A DNA stretch of 64,000 nucleotides from Myxococcales bacterium (GCA_045863395.1 BTVJ01000008.1:32001-96000); one strand, 5' to 3'. Positions 1 through 10,127 are shown, numbered from the stretch's first letter. Program-made: numbers and translations. Notes: a model not told the origin generated them from the sequence alone.

Positions 1-193
1 CCCCGTCTTCGACCAGCGAGATCTCGCCGCTCATCAGCAGATAGAACGTGTCATCGTCCGCACCCGCCTCGAACAGCACCTCGCCGCGCTCCAGTGTGAG
101 GCGCTTGAAGATGTTCGCGAGGGCGACGATGTGCTCGTCCGTCATGCTGAAGAACAGCGGGATGGATCGGAGCACGCTGGGGTCCATCGACAT
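1..193 (-). CDS. Cyclic nucleotide-binding (Crp/Fnr-type cNMP) domain protein, N-terminal part; runs off the window
   Basis: Hand translation of the minus strand from ATG at 193: MSMDPSVLRSIPLFFSMTDEHIVALANIFKRLTLERGEVLFEAGADDDTFYLLMSGEISLVEDG, a typical cNMP N-terminus; GGAGG RBS upstream. Not in the ORF track because it is truncated. Confidence 0.85.
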   Translation of the reverse strand, partial: MSMDPSVLRSIPLFFSMTDEHIVALANIFKRLTLERGEVLFEAGADDDTFYLLMSGEISLVEDG

Positions 194-255
194 GGTGGCC
201 TCCTACCGGGTTGTCGGCGCTCGATACCGCACCCGGGAGGGGCGCGTCAAGTGCC

Positions 256-1092
256 TCACTGACCTGGCGGCAGGAAATCGGAGCCAGAGGGGCCGGCAGC
301 GCAGGCCGCGCGCCCGGACAGGAGGCGCTCCAGGTTGGTCGCCGCCGCCCGGTCACCCGGCCTCAGGTCCGCCGCCCGCTGGAGGTGGGCGCGGGCCCGC
401 TCGAGGTCGCCCCGCCGGCACCACGCGATGCCCACGTCCGTGTGGAGCTCCGGCAGCGCGTCGTCCTCTGCGAGTGCCCGGTCGTACAGGCTCATCGCCT
501 GATCGGTGGGCGCGCCGTGGGACCGGGCCCGCAGCATCCACTCGACGGCGCGAAAGCGGCGGCTCTGGGCCTCCAGGGAGCGGCGCACTTCCCTTGGCAG
601 CGCCTCGTCGGTCCATGACCGCACGAACACCACGAGCACCTGGTAGCCCGTGGGTGCCCACAGCGCCTCCAGCTCCTCGTCGGTGAGGTGCGTGAGCGCG
701 GGTCGGGAGGGGTCCCTCACGGCCCAGGAGCCCTCCTCCTGCCCATGGACCACGATGGCGTGCTTCTGCCCTCCGGAGACCAGCAGGACGGGCGGGGCTC
801 CGGCAGCGAGGAGGCGGTGGAGCAAGGCTCGATCCCCGCGCGCGAGCCAGGCGTGCCCCCCCAGCGCCGCGATCACGTCCTGCAGGTCGAGCGCGGAGAT
901 CCCGTCAGCGTGGACGGGCAGGCTTCGCGCCAGCCCGTCCACGGAGATCGGGAGCCCCTGAGCGGCCAAGGACATGGCGGCCGCCGCGGGGAGGCAGGTC
1001 ACGGCGGTTGGCTGGGGGACATAGGGCATGGAGAGTGGAGCGGCGGCGGCGGACCCGCAGAGCCAGGCGAGCGCCAGCAGGGCCCGGATCAC
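256..1092 (-). CDS. Secreted C39-like cysteine peptidase with C-terminal TPR
   Basis: GTG start overlaps the upstream TGA (GTGA); signal peptide IRALLALAWLCGSAAAA; papain-like residues Q-x5-C (QPTAVTC), H (KHAIVVHG), D (VRDPS); TPR-like helices near the C-terminus. Confidence 0.75.
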   Translation of the reverse strand: MIRALLALAWLCGSAAAAPLSMPYVPQPTAVTCLPAAAAMSLAAQGLPISVDGLARSLPVHADGISALDLQDVIAALGGHAWLARGDRALLHRLLAAGAPPVLLVSGGQKHAIVVHGQEEGSWAVRDPSRPALTHLTDEELEALWAPTGYQVLVVFVRSWTDEALPREVRRSLEAQSRRFRAVEWMLRARSHGAPTDQAMSLYDRALAEDDALPELHTDVGIAWCRRGDLERARAHLQRAADLRPGDRAAATNLERLLSGRAACAAGPSGSDFLPPGQ

Positions 1093-3722
1093 CGGGCCCG
1101 GACGAACACGGTGGGGTTCACGCAGCCGTTTCCACCGAGGAAGTAGAGGCCGCTCCCCCACCCGCCCCCGCTGCCGACGGCGTAGTACTGGTGAAACCAG
1201 GAGCCCCCGTTGTTGCATGCGTCGTCCCACCCGTCGTAGGTCCCCCAGAAGAAGGCCGCGCCGCCCCGTGCGAACTGGGATTGGTAGTCGCCGATGAGAT
1301 AGGGGTCTTTGGTCATGCACCGGTAGCCCGAGTTCCAGCTCGAGCAGGTGATCTCGTGGACCTCGCCGAGCACGTTGTTGTACTGGACCCCGTACTGGTA
1401 GTCCCGCATGGGGTAGGTGTTGACCAGCGTGAAGATCTGGTTGAGGGTGCCGATGTTGACCCACCCCTTCGGCGCCGTGGACGACGCATGGGTGTGCAGG
1501 GAGTCAGCGTTGCCGCCCCCGGTCAGCGTGGTCACGTCCGCCGCCGTCAGGTCGTCGTTGGCGCCGCTGCCGAGGTCGACCCCGCCGTTGGCGACGATCT
1601 GACCATCCACCGTGATCCCGCTGTAGATGCGGTTGCCGCCCGTCCCGGTCCGCGTCACGTAGAGGCCGTCGTCGCCGTAGTGGCCCTGCCGCCACGCCTG
1701 GATCTCGCCGAGGCGGAAGTTGCCGTCCCCCGGCTGGTTGATGGCACCCGAGAACGTGAACCGGAGCTGGCAGATGCCGTTGCCCAGGTTCTCGGAGGCA
1801 AACCAGTCCGAACCGGTGAACGTCGTCGTCTCGGCGATCGTCGCCCACGCGGCGGCCGGGTCGGAGCAGCTCCAGCCGTTGCTGGAGTTGGGGTCGTAGA
1901 ACTTCTCCGCCTTGACGCCCTTGATGCTGTAGCCGTAGGGGAAGTAGACCCCCACCGCGTGCCAGTAGTGCTGCATGCCCATGTTGATGGTGACCGTCAC
2001 GGGGGCGGCGCCGGCCGGGTAGATCAGCGCCGAGTTGCCCTGGCCGTCGAACATGGCCTCCACCGAGCCGCTGCCGGCCCCCGCCGAGGCCGTCACCGTG
2101 AACTTCTTGTCCGCCGCGATCAGAGAGTCGTAGTGGTAGCCGACCACGTTGTAGGCGCCTGCGCCGTGCTTGTCCTGGGGGATGTAGGCCCCCGTGATGC
2201 GGTTGTTCGTCGCGTCGACGGTCCCACGCAGGGTCGTCGCGCCTGCGACATCCAGGGCGCTCGCCGGCGTCACAGTCCCGATGCCGACGCGCCCCGTCTT
2301 GTCCACCGTCACGCGCTCCGCTGCCGCGCCGTTCCCGCCCGTGCGGATGCGCAGCCCGTCGTCCACCTGCTGGAGCCGCACGTCGTAGTCGTCCGCAGCG
2401 TTGTCCTTGAAGTCGACGTAGGGGGTCGTCGAGCGCGTGAGCTCGATGTTCCCGTCCGTCGAGAGCTCTGCGCGCCCCACGGAGCCGGTGCTGCGGATGG
2501 TCCCGCTCACGTCGAGGGCGGCTCCCGGGCTCGTCGTCGCGATGCCCACGAAGCCGTTGCTGGTCTCCACGTGGACGGCGGGGTTGCCGTCCTCCCTGTA
2601 GATGGTGACGTCAGGCTTCGCGCCGGTGCCGCTCGGCACCACCTGGAGGGACGACGCCGTCGGGCTGTTGTTGAGCACCAGGTCCATGTTGCCGAGCGTC
2701 GGGTCCGTGATGCGGACGCCACCGCCCACGTTCAGGGGGCGCGCCGTGCTGGCCGTGCCCACGGACAGGGTCCCCGTGACGCTCGCGGCCCCGTTCACCG
2801 TGGTCGCCCCGGCCTGGAGCGGAGCCCAGGCGCCGTTGTTGACCGTGCGCACCCGCAGGCCGCCGGTGGCCTGCAGGTTGAGCGCGCCGTCCGCCGGGTC
2901 ATACAGGCCGCCCTTGTTGCTGAGCTGCACCCGGCACCCTGCGGTGCCTGCCGTGCACGCCAAGACCGAGCCCGTGACGCTGACGTCCCCACTCAAGCTC
3001 AGGTTTGCGGCCAGGTGGCCCGACGTGATGCAGCCGGTGCAGGCGAGGCCCAGGGCGTCGCCGTCCTTGGCGTTGGACTTGGCATAGTTGAAGGCGACGT
3101 CGTCCTTGGTCACCGAGCCATCCAGGATGTGACCGCTCCCGACGGCCCCGGTGGCGATGTCCGTGGAGCCTACGCAGCCCACACAGTCCAGGTTGGCGGC
3201 GGCGCCGCCCTTGGTCGTGCCCTCCGCCCAGGGGAAGTCCACCTTGGCCGATGTGATCGTGGTGTTGGCGATCTGGGCGCCCGTGACGGCGCCTGCCGCG
3301 ATGTCGGATGAGTCCACGCAGCCCGAGCAGGCGAGACCAGCCGCCGTGGCCGCCGAGGAGGCGCGCAGGGCGAAGGGGGTGCTCAACAGCCGCTGGCGGG
3401 GGAGCGGCGGCTCCGCGTCCACCTTCGTCTCGATCCACGCGTCCGCCGCCGACGCGAGCAGCGCTGTGTCGATGCCCGTCAGGTCCACCTCGAACACGCC
3501 ACCGACCACCGAGACCGGGTCGAAGACCTGGCTGTGGATGGTGGAGCCGCCGGTCTGAGCGCTGTAGAGCGTGACCGTCAGCTTGTACGTGCCCGAGGCA
3601 GGGACGCCGGACTGGGTGGCCACCGAGGCTTGGAGCCGCATGGCTGCGGGTGGTTCCGCTGCGCTGGCGGCGGACGCGGCGAGGGCGAGGACAACGATGC
3701 AGGCAGTTCGCAAGCTCGTCAT
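1089..3722 (-). CDS. Large secreted tail-fibre-like / adhesin protein (877 aa)
   Basis: ATG 3722 with GGAG RBS; signal peptide; N-terminal domain ending PRQRLLSTPFA; three LxCxGC repeats; two GxVGI(G/A)TxxPxxALDVxG fibre repeats; aromatic-rich C-terminal domains. Confidence 0.7.
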   Translation of the reverse strand: MTSLRTACIVVLALAASAASAAEPPAAMRLQASVATQSGVPASGTYKLTVTLYSAQTGGSTIHSQVFDPVSVVGGVFEVDLTGIDTALLASAADAWIETKVDAEPPLPRQRLLSTPFALRASSAATAAGLACSGCVDSSDIAAGAVTGAQIANTTITSAKVDFPWAEGTTKGGAAANLDCVGCVGSTDIATGAVGSGHILDGSVTKDDVAFNYAKSNAKDGDALGLACTGCITSGHLAANLSLSGDVSVTGSVLACTAGTAGCRVQLSNKGGLYDPADGALNLQATGGLRVRTVNNGAWAPLQAGATTVNGAASVTGTLSVGTASTARPLNVGGGVRITDPTLGNMDLVLNNSPTASSLQVVPSGTGAKPDVTIYREDGNPAVHVETSNGFVGIATTSPGAALDVSGTIRSTGSVGRAELSTDGNIELTRSTTPYVDFKDNAADDYDVRLQQVDDGLRIRTGGNGAAAERVTVDKTGRVGIGTVTPASALDVAGATTLRGTVDATNNRITGAYIPQDKHGAGAYNVVGYHYDSLIAADKKFTVTASAGAGSGSVEAMFDGQGNSALIYPAGAAPVTVTINMGMQHYWHAVGVYFPYGYSIKGVKAEKFYDPNSSNGWSCSDPAAAWATIAETTTFTGSDWFASENLGNGICQLRFTFSGAINQPGDGNFRLGEIQAWRQGHYGDDGLYVTRTGTGGNRIYSGITVDGQIVANGGVDLGSGANDDLTAADVTTLTGGGNADSLHTHASSTAPKGWVNIGTLNQIFTLVNTYPMRDYQYGVQYNNVLGEVHEITCSSWNSGYRCMTKDPYLIGDYQSQFARGGAAFFWGTYDGWDDACNNGGSWFHQYYAVGSGGGWGSGLYFLGGNGCVNPTVFVRAR

Positions 3723-3816
3723 GGCGGCTCCATGGAGATCGTGAGAGAGCGGGGTGGCTGGGGGGAGCATACGATGGGAGATGCCCCGATTCCAGAGCGT
3801 TCGAGCGCACGGCTCA

Positions 3817-4938
3817 TCACTGCACGAGGCGCTCGTAGCACCGTGTCGTCGCCTCCACCATGGCGTCGAGGGTGTACCGCTCCTCGACGAGCCTGCGGCA
3901 CGCGTCGCCCATGCTGCGCCGCTGCGCCTCGGGAAGTTCAAGGAAGCTCCTGAGCGCATCGGCGAGCTCGACGTGCTCTCCCACCGGAAAGACGTGCCCA
4001 TGGACGCCATTGACAAGGAAGGTGCGCAGATCGCTCACATCCGATGCGAAGACGGGGAGCCCGGAGGCCATTGCCTCCAGCACCACGTTGGGGAAGCCCT
4101 CGAAGCGGGAGCTCAGGACCAGCGCGTCGGCCCTCTGGTAGAGGGCGCGGACATCCCTTCGCGGCGGGAGGCGCGCCACGCAGTCGCCGAGGCCCTCCCG
4201 GGCGATGAGCTCAAGGGTGGCCTCCAGCACCTCTGGGTGATCGGCGGCGCCGGCGAGCACGGCGAAGAAGGGGTGGGTCCTGCGCAGTCGGGCCAAGGCG
4301 CGTACCAGGGTGAGCGGGTCCTTCCAGCGGTGGAAGGAGGCGACGCCGGCGAGGATTGGAGTACCGGCGGGGACGGGAGCCAAGAGCGCCTCCAGCTCCG
4401 GGTCGGGAGCCGCTGGCGCCCGCCAGTGGGAGGTCTCGATGCCATTGGGGATGGCGACGACGCGTGCGGCGGGGACCTGGAGTGAGGACGTGATCAGGCG
4501 CGCCGCGCGCTCCGAGTTGGCGATGACCAGGTCGGACCGTGGGTAGGTGACGCGGCGGATGTTGGTCCAGGACGCGATGCCTGCGTCGATGGCCGACCGC
4601 TCGCTCTGGATCACGGCGACGCGCCGGGGCGCGAGGCGGGCCGCAGCCAGCCCCCACGCGCCGGGGGTGAGCAGGAAGGTGTGGAGCACGTCGATACGCT
4701 CCCTCACCAGCATGTGCGCGAGCCGAAAGGGGAGCAGTGGGTCGAGCTTGCCACGCTTGGGCACCACCCGCACCCTCGTGCCGGCGTACCGCGGGTCGCT
4801 CACAAAGAAGCGGTCGGGGTGGTAGATCCACACCTGTGGGTCGACGCGGGTGCGGTCCAGGCGACGGACCAACTCCAGGACCTGGCGCTGGGCTCCACCC
4901 GAGCCGAGGCTGTTGATCAGGCACGCCACACGGATCAT
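3817..4938 (-). CDS. Glycosyltransferase family 4 (GT-B)
   Basis: GGAQRQ N-terminal motif; SSRFEGFPNVVLEAMASGLPV (EX7E) motif; ATG 4938 preceded by GGAGGA. Confidence 0.92.
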   Translation of the reverse strand: MIRVACLINSLGSGGAQRQVLELVRRLDRTRVDPQVWIYHPDRFFVSDPRYAGTRVRVVPKRGKLDPLLPFRLAHMLVRERIDVLHTFLLTPGAWGLAAARLAPRRVAVIQSERSAIDAGIASWTNIRRVTYPRSDLVIANSERAARLITSSLQVPAARVVAIPNGIETSHWRAPAAPDPELEALLAPVPAGTPILAGVASFHRWKDPLTLVRALARLRRTHPFFAVLAGAADHPEVLEATLELIAREGLGDCVARLPPRRDVRALYQRADALVLSSRFEGFPNVVLEAMASGLPVFASDVSDLRTFLVNGVHGHVFPVGEHVELADALRSFLELPEAQRRSMGDACRRLVEERYTLDAMVEATTRCYERLVQ

Positions 4939-5106
4939 CGGTTCCTCCACTCGGGCGCACCGTTATAGCAGAGACCCGAGCGCAGATCGCGCCGCTGGGC
5001 GGACAGCCGCAGCGGCCCCGCCCGGGCACGTGCGGCCCGCAGCGGGTGGAATCGGCCACGCGCCTGGTCTACCATCCGTGCGAACCGCACTCCGGAGGCC
5101 ACCCAG

Positions 5107-8100
5107 ATGAATGATCGCCCGCTCCTGCTCTTGGCGCTCGTCACGTTGCTCGGCGCCTGCGTCTCCACCGACGGCCCCGCGGGCCTGCCGGCCCAGGACG
5201 TTGGCGACGCCACGGCCGACGCCGTAGGCGATGGGGCCGGTGGAGGCGACGGCGGGGGCGGCGCCGGTGATGGCGGCGCGTCGGCGGACACCACGGATGA
5301 CGTCTGGAGCGACGGCGGTGCCGGGGACGTGGGGGGGGACCTGGGGCCTGGCGACGCCGGCACGGATGGCGGCGCGGGAGACGGGGAGAGCGACGCGGCG
5401 GGCGACGCCTCCGGGGACACCGAGGCCGACGTCCCCGACGGGGCGCCAGCGGACTGTCTGAGCGACGCCGGCTGTGACGACGGCCTGCCGTGCACGAGCG
5501 ACGCCTGCCAGGATGGCACTTGCGTCTGGGCTCCCATCTCCGGGTGCCCCCTGCTGCCCTGCGAGCTCGACGCGGACTGCGACGACGGGGATCCCTGCAC
5601 CCACGAGGAGTGCCTCCCGTGCATGGGAGGGGCCTGCGAGGGGAGCGCGTGCGCCCTGGAGGCGTCCCCCACCTGCGACGACGGGGATCCATGCACCGCC
5701 GACGGGTGTACCGCCGCGGGCTGCACCCACACCCCGGTCACTTGCGACGACGGCGATCCATGCACGACGGACAACTGCGGAGCTGGCGGCTGCGCCCACA
5801 CCCCCAAGGGGTGCGACGACGGCGACGCATGCACGGCGGACGCGTGCGAGCCGGCGACCGGGGCCTGTGCCCACGCGGGGAAGAGCTGCGACGACGGGGA
5901 CCCCTGCACCACCGACGGCTGCACCCCGGCGACCGGCGCCTGCAGCCACGTGCCGGCGACCTGCGACGGTGGGGACGCCTGCACCGAGGGCTCCTGTGAC
6001 CCCGCAAGCGGCGCCTGCGCCTTCGCCCCCGTAGTCTGCGACGACGGCGACCCCTGCACGGTCGACTCCTGCGCGCCGGCGAGCGGCTGCTCGTCGCTGC
6101 CGCTGCCGTGCAATGACGGCGACCCCTGCACGACGGACTCCTGCGTGGGTGGCGCCTGCGTCAACGCTGCGGTCCCCGGGTGCGCGGGCTGCACGTCCAG
6201 CGCCCAGTGCAACGACGGGGACGCCTGCACCGCCGACGCGTGCGACTTCGACGCCGGGGTGTGCACCCACGCGCCCGCGGTCTGCGACGACGGCAACGCC
6301 TGCACCGAGGACGAGTGCCACAGCGTCCTCGGGTGCCTCCACGGGGTGCCGCCCTGCGACGACGGGGATGAGTGCACGGTGGACGGCTGCGACCCGGTGA
6401 GCGGCTGCGTGCTGCTGGGCGCGACCCCCTGCGACGATGGCGACGCCTGCACGGTCGACTCGTGCAGCCCGGCCACAGGGTGCGTCCACGCCTCCGCCGC
6501 TTGCAACGACGGCGACCCCTGCACGGCGGACGCCTGCGCCCCTGGCGTCGGCTGCACCCACGCGCCGACCTCTTGCGAGGACTACGATGACTGCACCCTC
6601 GACTCCTGCGGCCTGACGGGCTGCGTCCACGCCCCCGTGGACTGCACCGGCGGCGACCCCTGCTCCGGCGCCATCTGCGTGAACGGCGTCGGCTGCGCCC
6701 CGCTGCCCGTGAGCTGCGACGACGGCGACCCCTGCACGACGGACGCCTGCGACCCGGTGCTCGGGTGCGTCCATCCGGCTGCGAGCTGCGACGACGGCGT
6801 CGCCTGTACGGTGGACACGTGCACGGTGGCTGGGTGCGAGAGCGCCGACGGCTGCGACGACGGCGACATCTGCACGGTGGAGCTCTGCGACCTGCTCTCC
6901 GGCTCGTGCCAGGTCACGTTGGTCGGCTGCGACGACGGCGACCCGTGCACCGACGACGTCTGCGACCCGGTGGAGGGCTGCACCCACGCCGCCGCGAGCT
7001 GCGCGGACGGCGACCCGTGCACGGCGGACTCCTGCGGCGTGGCGGGCTGCGCCCACGTGCAGGTCGCCCAGTGCGCGCCGTGCGGGAGCGACGCCGAGTG
7101 CGACGACGGCTACCCCTGCTCCCAGGACCGCTGCGAGGCGGGCACCGGCGAGTGCGTGTACACGGGCGTCCTTTGCGGCGACGGTGACCCATGTACCGTG
7201 GACTCCTGCGACCCGGACCTGGGCTGCCAGCACGCAGCGAAGGCGTGTGACGACGACGACGCCTGCACGGACGACGCCTGCAACCCGGCGAACGGCGTGT
7301 GCGAGGCCACCGCGCTGGACTGCGCGGACGGGGATCCGTGCACCGTCGACGCCTGCGACCCTGCGACCGGCTGCGCGCCGACGGTGATCCCCGCGTGCAC
7401 CGGGTGCCTGGCTGACGCGGCGTGCGCCGACGGGGACCCGTGCAGCCTCGATCTGTGTGACACGCAGAGCGGCGCGTGCGTACACAAGCCCAAGCCCTGT
7501 CTCGACTCGGACCCATGCACGGCGGACTCCTGCGGAGCCGACGGCGCCTGCGTCCACGCGTTCCTGCCAGGCTGCACCGGCTGCACGAGCTCCGCCCAGT
7601 GCGTCACCTCGGATCCGTGCATGGTGGGCGCGTGCAGCAGCGGGTCATGCCTGTTCTCGCCCAAGCCGGGCTGTACGGACTGCGCTGCCGACGTCCACTG
7701 CGCCGACGGGGACCAGTGCACGGAGGATGCCTGCGACCTGATCGCCGCCACGTGCAGCCACGCGCCGCTGTCCTGCGACGACGGGGATGGCTGCACCCTC
7801 GATGGCTGCACGCCCTGGAGCGGCTGCCTGTCGGCGCCCCTGTGCGACGACGGCAACCCCTGCACCGCCGACGCCTGCAACCCGACCACCCTGGCGTGCA
7901 CGTCCACCCCCATCGCCGGCTGCGGGGACTGCCAGACGTCCGCCCAGTGCGACGACGGCAAGCCCTGCACCACGGATGCCTGCAACGGAGGCAAGTGCGC
8001 GTGGACCCCCATCCCCGGCTGCACCCTCTGCACGTTCCCCCTGGACTGCCAGGACGGCGATCCGTGCACCATCGACGACTGCGTCCTCGGCGACTGTGAG

Positions 8101-8202
8101 CACGTCGTGCAGTCCTGCGACGACGGGCTCCGGTGCACGACCGACTTCTGCGTGCCCGGGCAGGGGTGCGCCCACGAGCCGATCCCCTCGTGCAGCCCCT
8201 GA
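5107..8202 (+). CDS. Lipoprotein with about 34 Cys-rich CDDGDPCTxDxC repeats (Dictyostelium-type repeat) after an acidic Gly/Asp/Ala linker
   Basis: Lipobox LLGAC; low-complexity D/G/A stalk; about 34 counted CxDG(D/N)xCTxDxC units of about 25 aa. Confidence 0.85.
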   Translation: MNDRPLLLLALVTLLGACVSTDGPAGLPAQDVGDATADAVGDGAGGGDGGGGAGDGGASADTTDDVWSDGGAGDVGGDLGPGDAGTDGGAGDGESDAAGDASGDTEADVPDGAPADCLSDAGCDDGLPCTSDACQDGTCVWAPISGCPLLPCELDADCDDGDPCTHEECLPCMGGACEGSACALEASPTCDDGDPCTADGCTAAGCTHTPVTCDDGDPCTTDNCGAGGCAHTPKGCDDGDACTADACEPATGACAHAGKSCDDGDPCTTDGCTPATGACSHVPATCDGGDACTEGSCDPASGACAFAPVVCDDGDPCTVDSCAPASGCSSLPLPCNDGDPCTTDSCVGGACVNAAVPGCAGCTSSAQCNDGDACTADACDFDAGVCTHAPAVCDDGNACTEDECHSVLGCLHGVPPCDDGDECTVDGCDPVSGCVLLGATPCDDGDACTVDSCSPATGCVHASAACNDGDPCTADACAPGVGCTHAPTSCEDYDDCTLDSCGLTGCVHAPVDCTGGDPCSGAICVNGVGCAPLPVSCDDGDPCTTDACDPVLGCVHPAASCDDGVACTVDTCTVAGCESADGCDDGDICTVELCDLLSGSCQVTLVGCDDGDPCTDDVCDPVEGCTHAAASCADGDPCTADSCGVAGCAHVQVAQCAPCGSDAECDDGYPCSQDRCEAGTGECVYTGVLCGDGDPCTVDSCDPDLGCQHAAKACDDDDACTDDACNPANGVCEATALDCADGDPCTVDACDPATGCAPTVIPACTGCLADAACADGDPCSLDLCDTQSGACVHKPKPCLDSDPCTADSCGADGACVHAFLPGCTGCTSSAQCVTSDPCMVGACSSGSCLFSPKPGCTDCAADVHCADGDQCTEDACDLIAATCSHAPLSCDDGDGCTLDGCTPWSGCLSAPLCDDGNPCTADACNPTTLACTSTPIAGCGDCQTSAQCDDGKPCTTDACNGGKCAWTPIPGCTLCTFPLDCQDGDPCTIDDCVLGDCEHVVQSCDDGLRCTTDFCVPGQGCAHEPIPSCSP

Positions 8203-9110
8203 CGCGCCTCGTGCTGCTCGGGGCGGGCCTCTCCGCCCTGCGCGCCCGGTACGACGAGCGCGAGGCGGGGCGGACCGTGTGCCTCGCGTGGCATCGCCTC
8301 GCGCCCCGGGAGCGCTGGGAGGCGCTCCCACGCTCGGAGCGCCGGTACACGGTCCCGGTCGACCGCTTCGAGGGCCAGCTCGCTGCCCTCGCTGGGGCCG
8401 GGTACTCCGTCGTCTCCCTCGACGCCGTGCTGGACCACGCCACCGGTCGCCGCCCCCTCCCACCCCGCACGGTCTGCCTGACCTTCGACGACGGGTGCGA
8501 GAGCGTCTACCGCTACGCGCTGCCGATCCTCGTGCGCCGGGGCTTGACCGCCACCCTGTTCATGACGGTCGCCGAGGACGCCGCGGTGTTCGGCCCGCAG
8601 ACCCCCCACGGGGAGCGCCGTATGACCCGAGACGAGCTGGCCGCGTGGAGCCGCGCGCTCGACGTAGGGGCCCACGGCGTAACGCACCGGGGCCTCGCAT
8701 CCCTTGCTCCCGCGGCGGCGCTGGAGGAGCTGCGCGCGTCTCGCCGGACGCTCGAGGCGTGGCTCGGGCGCCCGGTGCGCGCGGCGTCCATGCCCCTCGA
8801 CCTGTGGACTCCGGAGACTCAGGAGCTGTGCCGGCAGGCTGGCTACGAGGCGGTCTGTGTCTCGAAGCCGGGGGCGGTACGGGTGGGCTCCGACCCTCTC
8901 CGCCTGCGCCGCCTGGTGGTGGACGGGCGCCTGGATGGGCCCTCGCTCTTGCGCTCGCTCGCGCCCTGGGCGATGGTACGCGCCCGCGGGGTCAAGGCCC
9001 TCAAGGGGCTGCCGCCGCGCATGTTGGGGGAGGCAGCCTGGATGCCGCTCCGGCGGCTCCTGCTCGACGGGTGGACGCCGGGAGCAGACAACCGACGGAG
9101 GAGGCCATGA
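8190..9110 (+). CDS. Polysaccharide deacetylase (NodB/CE4 family)
   Basis: LAWHRL, LTFDDG and GAHGVTH motifs; start uncertain (in-frame GTG 8190 overlapping the previous gene). Confidence 0.85.
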   Translation: MQPLTRLVLLGAGLSALRARYDEREAGRTVCLAWHRLAPRERWEALPRSERRYTVPVDRFEGQLAALAGAGYSVVSLDAVLDHATGRRPLPPRTVCLTFDDGCESVYRYALPILVRRGLTATLFMTVAEDAAVFGPQTPHGERRMTRDELAAWSRALDVGAHGVTHRGLASLAPAAALEELRASRRTLEAWLGRPVRAASMPLDLWTPETQELCRQAGYEAVCVSKPGAVRVGSDPLRLRRLVVDGRLDGPSLLRSLAPWAMVRARGVKALKGLPPRMLGEAAWMPLRRLLLDGWTPGADNRRRRP

Positions 9111-10123
9111 AGATCCTGCTGACCGGTGCCAGCGGGTTTCTCGGCGGGCACGTGCTGCGCGCCTGCGTGGAGGCGGGCCACCAGGTCCGCGCGCTGGTCC
9201 GCCCGACGAGCCGGGTGGACGAGATCCGCGCCCTGCTGGACCATGCGGCGGTGGAGGGTGTGCAGGGCGACCTGACCGACCCGCCCTCTCTGGAACGTGC
9301 CGCCGCCGGCTGCGACGCCGCCATCCACACGGCGGGACTGATCAGCCTGCGCCCCGAGGACGCAGACCTCATGCGCCGTGTCCAGGTGGACGGCACGCGC
9401 AACGTCGTTGCTGCCTGCGCCTCGGCGGGAGTGAAGCGCCTGGTCCACGCGAGCACGTCGCTGCTGGCGGGCATCAGCGAGCGCCGGGGCAGGCCCTTTG
9501 GTGAGCACGACCAGATTGCTCCCGACGCGGTCCAGATCCCGTATGTCCGAACCAAGGCCGAGGCGGAGCGGGTGGTCCGCGCTGCGGCGGGCATCGACGT
9601 GGTCATCCTCTCGCCGGGCTGCCTGTTCGGGCCCGGGGACCACTACGTGTCGAGCACGGACATCATCCTCCGGGCCCTGAGGGAGGAGATCCCCATGTAC
9701 CTGGAGGGGGGCTTCAGCTTCGCGGACGTGCGGGACGTGGCCGTCGCCTTCGTGGCCGCGTTGGACCGGGGCATCGCCGGGCGCCGCTACCTCATCGGCG
9801 GGCACGACCACAGCATCGACGAGGTGCTCGGCCTGGTGTCCTCGCTGACCGGCGTCAAGCGCCCGAAGCACAAGCTGCCGAGGGGCCTTGCGATGCTGGG
9901 CGGCGCCGTCGCCGAGGCGATCTCGCGGACCGACACCGTCACCCGGGACGCCGTCCGCATGGCCACGCTGTTCAGCTTCGTCACGGACGAGCCCGCGCGC
10001 CGCGACCTGGGCTACGCGCCGCGCCCGTTCGAGCGCACCGTGGCCGACACGGTGGAGTGGCTGCGCGCCGCCGGCTACGTCCGCATGCCGGCCGCGGAGC
10101 TGCGCCGCATCCGCCGGACCTGA
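9107..10123 (+). CDS. NAD-dependent epimerase/dehydratase (extended SDR, HpnA/DFR-like)
   Basis: MKILLTGASGFLG Rossmann motif; YVRTK (YxxxK); ADVRDVA; ATGA overlap and GGAGG RBS. Confidence 0.9.
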   Translation: MKILLTGASGFLGGHVLRACVEAGHQVRALVRPTSRVDEIRALLDHAAVEGVQGDLTDPPSLERAAAGCDAAIHTAGLISLRPEDADLMRRVQVDGTRNVVAACASAGVKRLVHASTSLLAGISERRGRPFGEHDQIAPDAVQIPYVRTKAEAERVVRAAAGIDVVILSPGCLFGPGDHYVSSTDIILRALREEIPMYLEGGFSFADVRDVAVAFVAALDRGIAGRRYLIGGHDHSIDEVLGLVSSLTGVKRPKHKLPRGLAMLGGAVAEAISRTDTVTRDAVRMATLFSFVTDEPARRDLGYAPRPFERTVADTVEWLRAAGYVRMPAAELRRIRRT

Positions 10124-10127
10124 TGCC

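Noticed and set aside
256..1092. C39 peptidase as a sign of a bacteriocin/RiPP cluster
   Set aside because: No ABC transporter, precursor peptide or modification enzyme nearby; the protein is exported and TPR-fused.
1089..3722. Prophage tail-fibre gene
   Set aside because: Has a Sec signal peptide and no other phage genes nearby.
5450..8200. Regular DNA repeats (tgcgacgacggcgacccctgcac) resembling a CRISPR or tandem array
   Set aside because: In-frame, synonymously varying protein repeats; no invariant repeat-spacer structure and no cas genes.
4935..8687. Long antisense ORFs (4935-6557, 4963-7557, 7110-8687) with VQGSPSSQ-type repeats
   Set aside because: Reverse-strand shadows of the Cys-repeat gene; high GC suppresses stop codons.
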